The translations under genes were made by a program, and so were the position numbers. Below are positions 1 through 8,741 of a stretch of DNA of 31,381 nucleotides, in pieces. How positions within the stretch are numbered: the stretch's first letter is position 1; every line of letters begins with the position of its first letter. Source of the DNA: an uncultured virus (IMG/VR IMGVR_UViG_2811995091_000194) (lineage: Duplodnaviria; Heunggongvirae; Uroviricota; Caudoviricetes); the IMG/VR virus record IMGVR_UViG_2811995091_000194; one strand, written 5' to 3'. The notes below the pieces were generated by a model. The model was not told the DNA's origin. It searched no databases and saw nothing but the letters and a program-made list of their open reading frames with translations.

Positions 1-975
1 TGTATTGGGCGTTATTATCTCATTGTTAACAAATTCAGCATTGTCAGTTGTTATAAATGCGATTTGATAGTCTGCTCCTGATGCTGAAAACACATTTATA
101 AATGAGTCAAAATTATTCTTAAGGTTTGTCTGGTGGCTGCTCATTGAGCAAGAGTTGTCTATGACAAATAGAATATCGGACATAGCATCTTCTTTTTGCT
201 CAAATGAATCTAGCGCAAATGCGAAATAATCACCATGTCCTTCTTGGTCTACTGTTTCTACAGGTGTGACTGGATCGTTTGATGAAATTTCAAGATACCC
301 AATATCTAGAATGTTGTCAAGAGGAAGATAGTCTATAAATATTTCAACAGAGCTCCCAGGAGAAATTATCCACGGAAACATTCCGTTTTCTTGATCATTT
401 TTATTAATGTCCAGATTGACTGGGTGTGATATAAAATAGTTAATTGAGCTGACTTCTAGATCAACATTTCCAATATTTGAAATTACTACTGGAAGGGTGT
501 CATCACATCCAACATTAATGTTTCCAAAATCATAGTATGATGGTTCAACATCTATTACTGGTGCATCTCCTGATCCGTTGACTGGAATTCTAACCGTGCG
601 ATCTTCTGGGTCATTCGACTGTATTAAAATTGTGTTTGTGTCTGCTGAGTATGTATTTGGCTCATAATAGACAAAGAACTCTGTATGAGATCCCGGTGAT
701 AGATCTTTCTCATGTATTGTTGTGATTGAGTGAACGCCCGTCATTGAGTCAAGATAAATGCTATCTATGCTAAGTTCATCATCACCAATATTTGTAATTG
801 TTACTTTTTGAGTACCCACATCATTCCCAGATAGAAGAGGGCCAAAATCAATACTAAGTGGCGAAACTAAGATGTCAGGTATTTTATCAGGACTATCTAA
901 AAGCTCATAATCAATACAGCTGGTAGATAAAACTGCAATAGTTGCTGGAAATATATATTTATAGATGTTGATCAT
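1..975 (-). CDS. Lipoprotein with two choice-of-anchor D (ASH/Ig-like) domains and a vWA domain, CglB-like; 3' end runs off the window
   Basis: Not in the ORF track. Hand translation from ATG at 975 is open to position 1: MINIYKYIFPATIAVLSTSC (lipobox-like), repeats PDILVSPLSIDFG..VTITNIG..IQSNDP and PVIDVEPSYYDFG..VVISNIG..ISSNDP, then DILFVIDNSCSM (MIDAS DxSxS)..NFDSFI..DYQIAFITTD. Confidence 0.85.
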   Translation of the reverse strand, partial: MINIYKYIFPATIAVLSTSCIDYELLDSPDKIPDILVSPLSIDFGPLLSGNDVGTQKVTITNIGDDELSIDSIYLDSMTGVHSITTIHEKDLSPGSHTEFFVYYEPNTYSADTNTILIQSNDPEDRTVRIPVNGSGDAPVIDVEPSYYDFGNINVGCDDTLPVVISNIGNVDLEVSSINYFISHPVNLDINKNDQENGMFPWIISPGSSVEIFIDYLPLDNILDIGYLEISSNDPVTPVETVDQEGHGDYFAFALDSFEQKEDAMSDILFVIDNSCSMSSHQTNLKNNFDSFINVFSASGADYQIAFITTDNAEFVNNEIITPNT

Positions 976-1033
976 TTGTTAATACATATGCTGAGTTTCT
1001 ATGTTCTAAAGTTCAAATATGTAGAAATATAGA

Positions 1034-1285
1034 ATGATTATTAAAAAAGGCGATCTTGTTCAGTACACTTCTCATCCTCACGCAACAGTGCATCGAGTTA
1101 TTCCTGGAGATGAATTCCCAGTAGGCCTTGTTATATGCGTAAAAGAAAGTGTTACGCGCGGAGGCCCAAAGATGCGAGCAATAATAAGGACAGTTATCGT
1201 CAAATGGTCAGATGAAAAATGGAATTCTAAAGAAGGCGTGTCTGAAGAATTTGAACCAGACTTAAAGCTTATTCAGCGAATTTAA
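1034..1285 (+). CDS. Small SH3/KOW-like GDLV-family protein
   Basis: KKGDLVQY, VGLVI, VKWSD, ends DLKLI. Confidence 0.7.
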   Translation: MIIKKGDLVQYTSHPHATVHRVIPGDEFPVGLVICVKESVTRGGPKMRAIIRTVIVKWSDEKWNSKEGVSEEFEPDLKLIQRI

Positions 1286-1300
1286 TAGTTATTAAATGAA

Positions 1301-1723
1301 ATGATAATAACAGAAAGCAATTTAAGATATAAAATTAGAGATGCCATTAAGAGTGCAGCACAAAAAAAACTACAAGTACGAGTCAATTCACTTCCACTTA
1401 ATGTAGAGGTAGCTGATACAGACGGTTTGCGTGACATAGGCTTGATGAACAGACGAAGCCTTCAAAGAGACTCGGGCATGCTTTTTGTGTTTCCAGATTC
1501 TGACGTTAGAGCTTTCTGGATGAAAAATACACACATACCTTTATCAATTGCATATCTTGATGAATCCGGTGTAATACTGAATATAGAAAAAATGACCCCT
1601 CTAAATGGTGACAGGATTTGGTCGAAAGGTCGTGCAATGTATGCACTTGAAGTTAATGATGGCTGGTTTGATATAAATGAAATCAGTGAAGGCGACATAG
1701 TAAGAAACCTTCCAAAGATTTAA
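1301..1723 (+). CDS. DUF192 (COG1430) protein with N-terminal MxITxxxLRxxIR leader
   Basis: VEVADT..GLMNR..GMLFVF..FWMKNT.IPLSIAYLD..YALEVNDGW..GD. Confidence 0.9.
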   Translation: MIITESNLRYKIRDAIKSAAQKKLQVRVNSLPLNVEVADTDGLRDIGLMNRRSLQRDSGMLFVFPDSDVRAFWMKNTHIPLSIAYLDESGVILNIEKMTPLNGDRIWSKGRAMYALEVNDGWFDINEISEGDIVRNLPKI

Positions 1724-1732
1724 AATAACAAT

Positions 1733-2059
1733 ATGGGAAATAGAGAAATAAACTCTGGAGATATTGTTATTATCAAAACAGATAGATCGCTAGACGGATT
1801 TTCAACTGGCCCGCATGTAAAGGGAGGATTGAAAATCTACAAAAGAATTGATCTATCAAATTATCCATCACATAATGATTTTTTCGGAAGCTCTGTCACT
1901 GTAAAAAGCGGAGACATAGCAACAGTAATTAGCTATATTGGAAGGCCAGATAGACTTAGTTCTGCGGAACAGTGGAAGATATATGATGTATACGAAATAC
2001 TTGTGAAAGGAAATGTGTATCAGATGTTTAGACAGAACATTAAGCTGTCTAAGAAATAG
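1733..2059 (+). CDS. SH3/KOW-like GDLV-family protein
   Basis: INSGDIVII and VKSGDIATVI, YEILVKG. Confidence 0.6.
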   Translation: MGNREINSGDIVIIKTDRSLDGFSTGPHVKGGLKIYKRIDLSNYPSHNDFFGSSVTVKSGDIATVISYIGRPDRLSSAEQWKIYDVYEILVKGNVYQMFRQNIKLSKK

Positions 2060-2080
2060 ATATAATATAAGGTGATTTCA

Positions 2081-2404
2081 ATGAAAATAACACGCAGTGA
2101 TCTAAGAAAAATTATAAGAGAGCAGCTTGATCCATATAGGCCTTCATCTAAGTTTTCTGTTAAGCTAAAAGGAGATCCAAAAACGCACTACGTGTCTACA
2201 GCATCACCTATGGTGACATCAGATGTTGCATGGCAGCTTGCTCTTTCTCGTCTTAGCATGGAAAATATTAGTGCTGTGTATGACGACGACGACGACGGAA
2301 CTGTTGACTGGACAGAGCTTGGAGCTCTTATTAAAGATCTGGGGGGCGCGTGGGAAGAAAAAGAAAGGCAGCTAAGATACGATCGTGAAAAAATAAGAGA
2401 ATAG
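2081..2404 (+). CDS. Hypothetical protein with MKITRSDLRKIIREQL leader (putative virion/head protein)
   Basis: SD AAGGTGA upstream of ATG 2081; leader motif shared with several genes in the window. Confidence 0.65.
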   Translation: MKITRSDLRKIIREQLDPYRPSSKFSVKLKGDPKTHYVSTASPMVTSDVAWQLALSRLSMENISAVYDDDDDGTVDWTELGALIKDLGGAWEEKERQLRYDREKIRE

Positions 2405-2425
2405 TGGCTATGGGAGGTCGCACAC

Positions 2426-2794
2426 ATGAAAGATGTAGTATTTAAGTTTTTTATTGTATCATTGATCTTTCTTACAGGATGCTCGGGAAAGCTACATTAC
2501 GCAGGAAAGGGGTTTGAGCCAAGCCAAAGCTTGTGTGTAGATGCTCTGCTTGTGAATATGGACAAGGCTGGATGTAACATAATATATTATGGATACTCTC
2601 CAAGCCACGGTGCGTTCAAGGTAAGGTGCATAGATTCTAGCAAGGTTGATTCAAATGATGACTGGGTGTCTCATGAGTGGACAACATATTCATTTTTTAT
2701 CTCTCCGTCATTTGCAAGCCCTGAACTGCATGCCAAGTTATCGCCAATATGCTCAGATAGAAATGTCACAGTATATTTTTTAAATGAAAATTAA
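2426..2794 (+). CDS. Putative lipoprotein
   Basis: SD GGAGG; hydrophobic signal peptide with lipobox LTGC. Confidence 0.75.
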   Translation: MKDVVFKFFIVSLIFLTGCSGKLHYAGKGFEPSQSLCVDALLVNMDKAGCNIIYYGYSPSHGAFKVRCIDSSKVDSNDDWVSHEWTTYSFFISPSFASPELHAKLSPICSDRNVTVYFLNEN

Positions 2795-2804
2795 TTTTAA
2801 GACA

Positions 2805-4349
2805 ATGAAAATCACAAAAACGCAATTAAGAAGAATCATTAGAGATGAATTAATAAATGAAGCACAGACAGCTAATAGCCCATATTTTGGCGATGACAAC
2901 AGCGGTCAGGCTGTTGCGATAGATCAGCAAGGATCCGGTGTTTTAAGCAGCATCTCCGGTGCAATTGATAAAGGTGATCATGCTGATGAGTCAATACGGA
3001 TAGAGATGAGAAGAAGAGCAATCAATGATTTTTCTTCTTTATACGTTGCCGCAATTCAGGAGGAGTTAAAAGTCTTCATAGTAGAAAACCCAGGAATTTC
3101 AGGATTTGATGATTTATCTACTAGAAGAGTTAATGATATAAAGGTAGCCGCGGCCAGAAGAGCTCTTTCAAAGTATAAAGGTGCACATACAAATACTGAA
3201 CTAATATCTGATTACACGTCAAGAGTTGAAAGATTAATTGGTAAGCCCATACCACCAACACTAAAGCAATTAATGATACGATATGCAAAAGATTTCGCAT
3301 ATCAATTTGTTTTTGGATTTTTAGATAATGTTATTCTAATTCTTGCAGGAGCAGCAATTGATGACTATATAAAAATTGCATTTGGTGCTGAAAAATTAAA
3401 GAGGGTGCTTTCACCAGACGATCTTGGCTTTATAACAGACGGTATTGGTAATGCAATTTCTGATGGCGTCGGTGACATAGGCGGCGGTGCTGTAGAGAGA
3501 GGTGTTGATAATTGGGCCTGGCTAAATGATGCAGCAACAGATGAGCAGCTAGAAATAGCTACTCCTTTTCAAAAGCTTATGGCAAAAACTGCTACATTTA
3601 CTGGTGTGATTCTTGGATGCTTAGCTGCAATACCCATAGGGATATTAATATTAAAAGGATTGACGACTCTAGGGGTTTCAGCAACAGCGGGAATAGGCTT
3701 AGCTGGCGGAGTACTATCGGGTGGTTTAGGTTTAGTAACAGCTGCACTGATGACAAAGACAACAGTTGATGAATTTAATATGCTTGATAGTGCAGCAAAG
3801 GATACAATGAATTCTGCGCTAGGTGTGGTTATGTCAAGACTATATAAGGAAATAAAGACACGAGGTAACGATAGTCTTCCTCCTCGTAGCGAATATACGC
3901 TTGATAATTTTACCAATGATGTGGAGGCCAACAGAGCTCTTGCGCAGTTAATATGGAATGATGAGATGGATTTTTCAAAGCTGGCATCACATCATGATAT
4001 TAATTATAATGAAATTTGGAGAACAGTTGACGCGCTATCCAGTCAGTACGGCCTAGATAATCCAAACGTAACATCTATTGATGAATGTCATATTATGACA
4101 ATTACAAAAAATCAATTGATTAACATGATATGTAAGGTAATCGTTGAAGAATCGAATCGAAATAAAAAACATAGCGGTCATCATCCAGAGGAGTCATATG
4201 AGGTAGGAACATCTAAAAATTTAATGTTAGATAGACCAACACAGCATGGCGGCTGGCCAGAAGGCCCTAGTAAAAGCTATACTAGTAACAAGCCAGTAAA
4301 TAAGCAGATTTATGACTGGTTAAAGTCAATGGCAATGATAGACGACTAA
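2805..4349 (+). CDS. Membrane protein with a TMEM65-like domain and MKITKTQLRRIIRDE leader
   Basis: FVFGFLDNVILILAGAAID..GIGNAISDGVGDIGGGAVE..TDEQ..GVILGCLAAIP matches the TMEM65 motif order; second leader-like motif at 4095. Start could be 2784. Confidence 0.75.
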   Translation: MKITKTQLRRIIRDELINEAQTANSPYFGDDNSGQAVAIDQQGSGVLSSISGAIDKGDHADESIRIEMRRRAINDFSSLYVAAIQEELKVFIVENPGISGFDDLSTRRVNDIKVAAARRALSKYKGAHTNTELISDYTSRVERLIGKPIPPTLKQLMIRYAKDFAYQFVFGFLDNVILILAGAAIDDYIKIAFGAEKLKRVLSPDDLGFITDGIGNAISDGVGDIGGGAVERGVDNWAWLNDAATDEQLEIATPFQKLMAKTATFTGVILGCLAAIPIGILILKGLTTLGVSATAGIGLAGGVLSGGLGLVTAALMTKTTVDEFNMLDSAAKDTMNSALGVVMSRLYKEIKTRGNDSLPPRSEYTLDNFTNDVEANRALAQLIWNDEMDFSKLASHHDINYNEIWRTVDALSSQYGLDNPNVTSIDECHIMTITKNQLINMICKVIVEESNRNKKHSGHHPEESYEVGTSKNLMLDRPTQHGGWPEGPSKSYTSNKPVNKQIYDWLKSMAMIDD

Positions 4350-4427
4350 TATTTCTATAGTTCCTGGTTCATAATAAAAAATTAAACTATGTGATAATAT
4401 TATTATGTCACATGGACTATTATTGAA

Positions 4428-4709
4428 ATGGGCAAACAAGAAGACATTATTCTAAAAAGAATAAACAGTATTAGAAGTATGCAACTGATGCAATTAAAAG
4501 ACAAGGTCTCATCTCTTAGAGATGGCGTTGACAGACTATCAGATAAAATTGAACAAGATGGATTAAATGGTTTTTATAGTTCAAATTCAGACATTTTAAG
4601 ATACAGCCAGGAGGTGTGGAGGGCATCACAGTATCTTCAGACGCTAATGGACATTGAGCATGAGCTAATTATTAAATCTCGACATAAAAAGACAAGAAAG
4701 AAAAAATGA
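4428..4709 (+). CDS. Hypothetical helical protein
   Basis: 93-aa ORF, ATGA overlap with the next gene. Confidence 0.6.
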   Translation: MGKQEDIILKRINSIRSMQLMQLKDKVSSLRDGVDRLSDKIEQDGLNGFYSSNSDILRYSQEVWRASQYLQTLMDIEHELIIKSRHKKTRKKK

Positions 4710-4906
4710 TAATAGACATATATGTTCATAGCAGGGCTGATAATATATCTAAACAAATTAAAAAAAGTGAATATCACAAGCTTCTTGCCACTTTAAAGCA
4801 AAATTCAAAAACCGGAAAGCCCATGCTGTTTAAATTTGAAGATGGATCAATTGTTCGATTATGTGACATACAGTACATTGACACCGCACCTGATATCCCG
4901 TTCTAG
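4706..4906 (+). CDS. Hypothetical protein
   Basis: 66-aa ORF, coupled to the upstream gene. Confidence 0.55.
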   Translation: MIIDIYVHSRADNISKQIKKSEYHKLLATLKQNSKTGKPMLFKFEDGSIVRLCDIQYIDTAPDIPF

Positions 4907-4923
4907 AGAAATTCTGAATTCAA

Positions 4924-4952
4924 TTGAACATTTTAAAAAAATGCTATATAAC
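4924..4952 (+). promoter_or_regulatory. Possible sigma70-type promoter TTGAAC-N17-TATAAC
   Basis: Intergenic, upstream of the deaminase; a second TATAAT lies at 4958-4963. Confidence 0.4.
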
Positions 4953-4990
4953 AATAGTATAATACTGCTAAGGAGAATGTATCGTGTCTA

Positions 4991-5347
4991 GTGTACTATC
5001 GAGCTCGTAAATTAGCAATGAACAATGGTAGGTGTTATCATTTAGCTGCAATTCTTCGAAGAAAAGGTCGTATAATTAAGGTTGGTGTTAATTCCAGCAA
5101 AACGCACCCGAGGTTTAAAAGAACGTATCCCGATGGGACAACTGGATCGCACATGCACGCTGAGATGAATGTTATTAGATTTGCAAAAGAAGGTGATGAA
5201 ATCGAGGTTATGAGATTCAAAAGAACAAATAATGAGTTCGCGATGGCTAAGCCTTGTAAGTACTGTATGTTTCACATCAGAAGCGCAGGTATCAAAAGTG
5301 TAAGATACACTGATGAAAACGGCGTGTGGAATAAGATGGCCATATGA
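4991..5347 (+). CDS. Cytidine/deoxycytidylate deaminase-family protein
   Basis: HAE and PCKYC zinc motifs; LAAIL..G.N. Confidence 0.85.
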   Translation: MYYRARKLAMNNGRCYHLAAILRRKGRIIKVGVNSSKTHPRFKRTYPDGTTGSHMHAEMNVIRFAKEGDEIEVMRFKRTNNEFAMAKPCKYCMFHIRSAGIKSVRYTDENGVWNKMAI

Positions 5348-5353
5348 TATAAT
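5345..5353 (+). promoter_or_regulatory. Extended -10 promoter TGA-TATAAT; probably a leaderless transcript
   Basis: TGnTATAAT; ATG 5360 is 6 nt downstream and has no SD. Confidence 0.55.
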
Positions 5354-5359
5354 ATAAGT

Positions 5360-5584
5360 ATGACAAAGCAATCAAAATCTTTTTATGACGTTCACGGCAA
5401 TATCATCAACGTGGGAGATCTTGTTCGATATACGTGGGACAAAAATATCATTGGTATGGTAACAGGTCTCACACCGTTTTTTGACCAGGGATCGATTGAC
5501 GTGATTTGTGATCATCGTCTTGCGTTGACATGTATCATCTGCGATAGCAGTCGTAGCACCGTTGCTATCGAGGTGGTCAGGTGA
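5360..5584 (+). CDS. GDLV-family SH3/KOW-like microprotein
   Basis: INVGDLVRY, IGMVT, ends IEVVR. Confidence 0.75.
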   Translation: MTKQSKSFYDVHGNIINVGDLVRYTWDKNIIGMVTGLTPFFDQGSIDVICDHRLALTCIICDSSRSTVAIEVVR

Positions 5585-5883
5585 TGTATCAGATTGGTGA
5601 CATGGTCGGTGTGTGGAACAATGATGACAATTGCGAAGAAACAGGCGTGATCATTGACATCCGTCCGCTTCATCGTCCCACACGTCTGGATGAGTCTGAG
5701 TTCATCGTTCTTGTCGAGGGCACAGTGTGGAATCTAAGTGACAATGAGATCTTTCTCCCAGGTGAATCTCGACCCAGCAACCCTGATGAGACGATTGCAA
5801 GGCGATTCTTTTCTCGTCAGCAAAGATATGGGCGTGAGGATCTCATGAAAGGAGTTGTCGTCTCAGAAGAGAGGGATCGATGA
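5581..5883 (+). CDS. GDLV-family microprotein
   Basis: YQIGDMVGV, TGVIID, IVLVEG. Confidence 0.75.
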   Translation: MMYQIGDMVGVWNNDDNCEETGVIIDIRPLHRPTRLDESEFIVLVEGTVWNLSDNEIFLPGESRPSNPDETIARRFFSRQQRYGREDLMKGVVVSEERDR

Positions 5884-6116
5884 GTGTTGGTGATCTTGTG
5901 ATGTACAATTGGCGCGGATTTGCTTATGGTGTTCACAGGGATATGCTTTGTCCTTGTATCATTATGCGTATCTATGCAGAAGATGAGAAGCGAAGGATAT
6001 TGGGGAAGGTTCACTGGAAAAAATGGGAGTCTGAGACAATGTATGATGTGCTCATTGATGGAAGAGAGATGATTGTCCTATCAAGCATGTTAGGAAAGGC
6101 TGAGGATGTAAAATGA
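5880..6116 (+). CDS. GDLV-family microprotein
   Basis: MSVGDLVMY, YDVLIDG. Confidence 0.75.
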   Translation: MSVGDLVMYNWRGFAYGVHRDMLCPCIIMRIYAEDEKRRILGKVHWKKWESETMYDVLIDGREMIVLSSMLGKAEDVK

Positions 6117-6427
6117 GCATGGGATGGAAATACGGGCTGATCAAGGTCGGCGTCGAGGATGAGGGAACTGAGCTTGAGAAGCAGATCAATCTTCTTGTTG
6201 AGCTGTACCCACTTGGCGACAACGGCGAGTACACTTCATTTTGTAAGGCCAGGATTCAGACGCTAGAGGAACTTCAAAATGCCCAGAGCGATATTGAACG
6301 TGACGGGACCAGTACATGGTTCTATGATAACGGTACATTTACCTGGAACGTCTGTCCACACTGCTTAGCCGGTGATTGGGATTACGAACCGAAAAACTGC
6401 TACGCGCACGGAGAGAGCGATGAGTAA
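6113..6427 (+). CDS. Hypothetical protein (one CxxC)
   Basis: ATGA-coupled ORF, 104 aa. Confidence 0.65.
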   Translation: MSMGWKYGLIKVGVEDEGTELEKQINLLVELYPLGDNGEYTSFCKARIQTLEELQNAQSDIERDGTSTWFYDNGTFTWNVCPHCLAGDWDYEPKNCYAHGESDE

Positions 6428-6674
6428 GATGATAGAGCTAAGAGAAGGTGATGTGTTGATCAGGCACGTTCGAAATGGTTGGGAGGTGTTAACACCTAAC
6501 GAGGTTGACCCAGAGTACATTGATACCTGGGTATATGATGATACAGTTGGGATCCACAAGGCCCTACAACAACTTCTCTGGGATCATCTCTCTGCATGGT
6601 TTCAGAGTAAGCATCATGGCGGTCTAGTTGTTGATGTGAGCGATAAAGGGCGTGAGGAAGAAGAAGATGAGTAA
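6420..6674 (+). CDS. Hypothetical protein
   Basis: SD GGAG before ATG 6420; LREGDVLIR resembles the family motif weakly. Confidence 0.65.
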   Translation: MSKMIELREGDVLIRHVRNGWEVLTPNEVDPEYIDTWVYDDTVGIHKALQQLLWDHLSAWFQSKHHGGLVVDVSDKGREEEEDE

Positions 6675-7374
6675 GAAAAACTATAAGGTCCCACAGGTTT
6701 TCTATGGAGATTGGAGTGATGATCTAGAACCAGGGCATGAGAATTACTGGTGGGACATCGGAACAATCGCAGAGTGGATCGGCTATGCACTTATCGGAGG
6801 ATCTCACGGGTGTCGTGTTGACCTCTACAGACCAAATACGATCCACGTATCCCAGACAAAGGAGAAGTTCGGAGGTGTTCGAGCTTACTGTCACCTAGCA
6901 TCTTATGAGCAGGTCCAGGAGAAATATAGGCTAGAGCTAATGAACATCACCAAGCAGAATAGGCTGTACTTTACATGGAAGCAAGGTAAAAAGGATCCCG
7001 ATGCTGACGGGTATCCCGCACAATACATAGTTAGAATGTATGAGGAAGAAGGAAGATACCCTCTATCCACACCAAGCATTGATGAGTTCACCCAGGGCTG
7101 CGCGCTAGCTGATGCTAGATGGTACCGCCGGGTGTATCGAAATGCTGCTAGGCTCTGGCCGCAGTATGAATCGGCTATTATTGATTCAGCTGATTACTAT
7201 GAGTACCTGTTCAATACAGAGGCGGAACTAGATGATAACTATGACAGACGAAAGATCGACATAGAAAAGAGTGATTATCTCAGCGATGAGCAAAAGAAAT
7301 CGCAAGTAGTCAGTCTAGAGGAAGATCGTAAGTATGTTAAAAATGTATGCGAATTCACGCAGGAGAAAGAGTAG
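6667..7374 (+). CDS. Conserved phage hypothetical protein (QxKEKFGxxRxY motif)
   Basis: QTKEKFGGVRAY; overlapping start. Confidence 0.7.
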   Translation: MSKKNYKVPQVFYGDWSDDLEPGHENYWWDIGTIAEWIGYALIGGSHGCRVDLYRPNTIHVSQTKEKFGGVRAYCHLASYEQVQEKYRLELMNITKQNRLYFTWKQGKKDPDADGYPAQYIVRMYEEEGRYPLSTPSIDEFTQGCALADARWYRRVYRNAARLWPQYESAIIDSADYYEYLFNTEAELDDNYDRRKIDIEKSDYLSDEQKKSQVVSLEEDRKYVKNVCEFTQEKE

Positions 7375-7593
7375 ATGAAGAAAATGTTTAAGAAGATGAT
7401 TGATAACCTACCGTTAGTTTTATTTTTTACCCTTGGTTTCTTGGTGCTATACACAGCTTTTCTTAAGTCGTATGTCAAGCCAGGCGCGAAGTGTTATCAA
7501 AATTGTATCCCGCTGGCCAGCGAGGTCGTTAACAGACAGTGTTGGTGTCGGCTTGACAGAAATACGATGAAACTGCACAATGATGAAAGCTGA
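7375..7593 (+). CDS. Small membrane protein with a Cys-rich C-terminus
   Basis: TM segment LPLVLFFTLGFLVLYTAFL; CYQNC..CWC. Confidence 0.65.
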   Translation: MKKMFKKMIDNLPLVLFFTLGFLVLYTAFLKSYVKPGAKCYQNCIPLASEVVNRQCWCRLDRNTMKLHNDES

Positions 7594-7789
7594 ACCCATG
7601 GAGGGCGATCTCATTAGGCTAACCAGCCCGGACATTGGAAGTGGGTCAGACGAGTATGTTGCGCTGATGATTGGGCATGGTGACATCAGGTACGCTAACA
7701 GGCCGTTCTACACGGTCTTGATCGATGGTGAGATCCAGGATGTCGACAGCGGATACTGGGAGATAGAGAGGGTAGGGAAGTCTGCCTGA
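7580..7789 (+). CDS. GDLV-family microprotein
   Basis: MEGDLIRL, YTVLIDG, WEIERV. Confidence 0.75.
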   Translation: MMKAEPMEGDLIRLTSPDIGSGSDEYVALMIGHGDIRYANRPFYTVLIDGEIQDVDSGYWEIERVGKSA

Positions 7790-7796
7790 TCCTTTC

Positions 7797-7825
7797 GTGT
7801 AATCTGGCCGCGCTCGGTATATAAT
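7797..7825 (+). promoter_or_regulatory. Phage early-type promoter GTGTAA-N17-TATAAT
   Basis: Motif repeated at six sites with exact 17-nt spacing; ATG 6 nt after the -10 box. Confidence 0.8.
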
Positions 7826-7831
7826 GATAAC

Positions 7832-8056
7832 ATGAACAGGAATAATCACGGATCATGGGCGAAGGTGGGAGATCTTGTTGAGATCCTGTCACCGCTAGGG
7901 AAGTCAACTGGCATATTCGGTGCGATCGTTGAGGAGCGATATGTGGGAATCCATGGAACAAGAAACATTCTTGTGTTGTGCGGTGATCATAGGGTTGATG
8001 GAAAGGTGTCAAGTTGGGTGAAGGATTGCTATGTCAGAATCGTGGAGGCGGCATGA
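7832..8056 (+). CDS. GDLV-family microprotein
   Basis: AKVGDLVEI, FGAIVE, ends VRIVEAA. Confidence 0.75.
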   Translation: MNRNNHGSWAKVGDLVEILSPLGKSTGIFGAIVEERYVGIHGTRNILVLCGDHRVDGKVSSWVKDCYVRIVEAA

Positions 8057-8247
8057 GACAGGGTGATCTAGTTCTGATAAGCTTCCCTGATCAAAACGGT
8101 ACGGGAATCTATCTAGAGGTCGACCCTGCAAATCTTACGAGATCGCTTGTCCTGTGGGACAGTGAGATCTATTCTATCCCAACATATCAGCTAGAGGTAA
8201 ACAGTGACGTGTACTATGATGAGAATCGCGGTAAGATAAAAGGTTAA
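8053..8247 (+). CDS. GDLV-family microprotein
   Basis: SD GGAGG, MRQGDLVLI, TGIYL, VLWD, QLEV. Confidence 0.75.
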   Translation: MRQGDLVLISFPDQNGTGIYLEVDPANLTRSLVLWDSEIYSIPTYQLEVNSDVYYDENRGKIKG

Positions 8248-8258
8248 GGAGGTGACAG

Positions 8259-8582
8259 ATGTCACTGTTGCGAAAGGTTAAATATGAGATCTGCGACTGG
8301 GCCGGCCATGTCCTGTGTGAGTTCTCATTCAGGTTGTGGGACCTGTTTGACAAGCCGTATGATGAGTGGCGCTGGTGGAATCATGCGATCTATCAGGTCG
8401 GCCGACCGACCTACACTGCCGGATGTTTCTTCTACAGCCTGAATGATTGCGAGCTGGGTGATGTCGTTCTTGAACTAAGCGACGGGTGCGGCGCAGACGG
8501 TGAGTGTTCTCGCTGTGCCGAGCCCTGCTGTCCGGACTGCGGTGTGTGCGAACCCTGTTTTTACGAAGATGAGGATGAGTGA
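8259..8582 (+). CDS. Hypothetical protein with a Cys-rich (zinc-binding?) C-terminus
   Basis: SD AAGGAGGT; CSRC..CCPDC..CEPC. Confidence 0.65.
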   Translation: MSLLRKVKYEICDWAGHVLCEFSFRLWDLFDKPYDEWRWWNHAIYQVGRPTYTAGCFFYSLNDCELGDVVLELSDGCGADGECSRCAEPCCPDCGVCEPCFYEDEDE

Positions 8583-8585
8583 TAG

Positions 8586-8741
8586 GTGAGCGATCGATCG
8601 ATCCACAGCGCCAAGATTCTTGCGATCCTCGTCGTGGTCATGATCATGTCACACTGTCAGCCAGTTCGAAAGTTTATGAATTCACCAATCTTTGGAGAGG
8701 TAAAAAGTGAAAGTCAGGATCCTGTCAGATCTACACCTTGA
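8586..8741 (+). CDS. Possible small membrane or lipoprotein (51 aa)
   Basis: Hand translation MSDRSIHSAKILAILVVVMIMSHCQPVRK..; fills the intergenic gap. Confidence 0.4.
   Translation: MSDRSIHSAKILAILVVVMIMSHCQPVRKFMNSPIFGEVKSESQDPVRSTP

Noticed and set aside
2282..2296. (GAC)5 microsatellite
   Set aside because: It encodes a poly-Asp run inside a CDS; no sign of a separate function.
7372..7377. In-frame TAG-ATG junction suggesting stop-codon recoding
   Set aside because: An isolated case. Conserved genes (RtcB, ligase, RadA-like, DUF192) are full length in the standard code and all three stops are used at gene ends.
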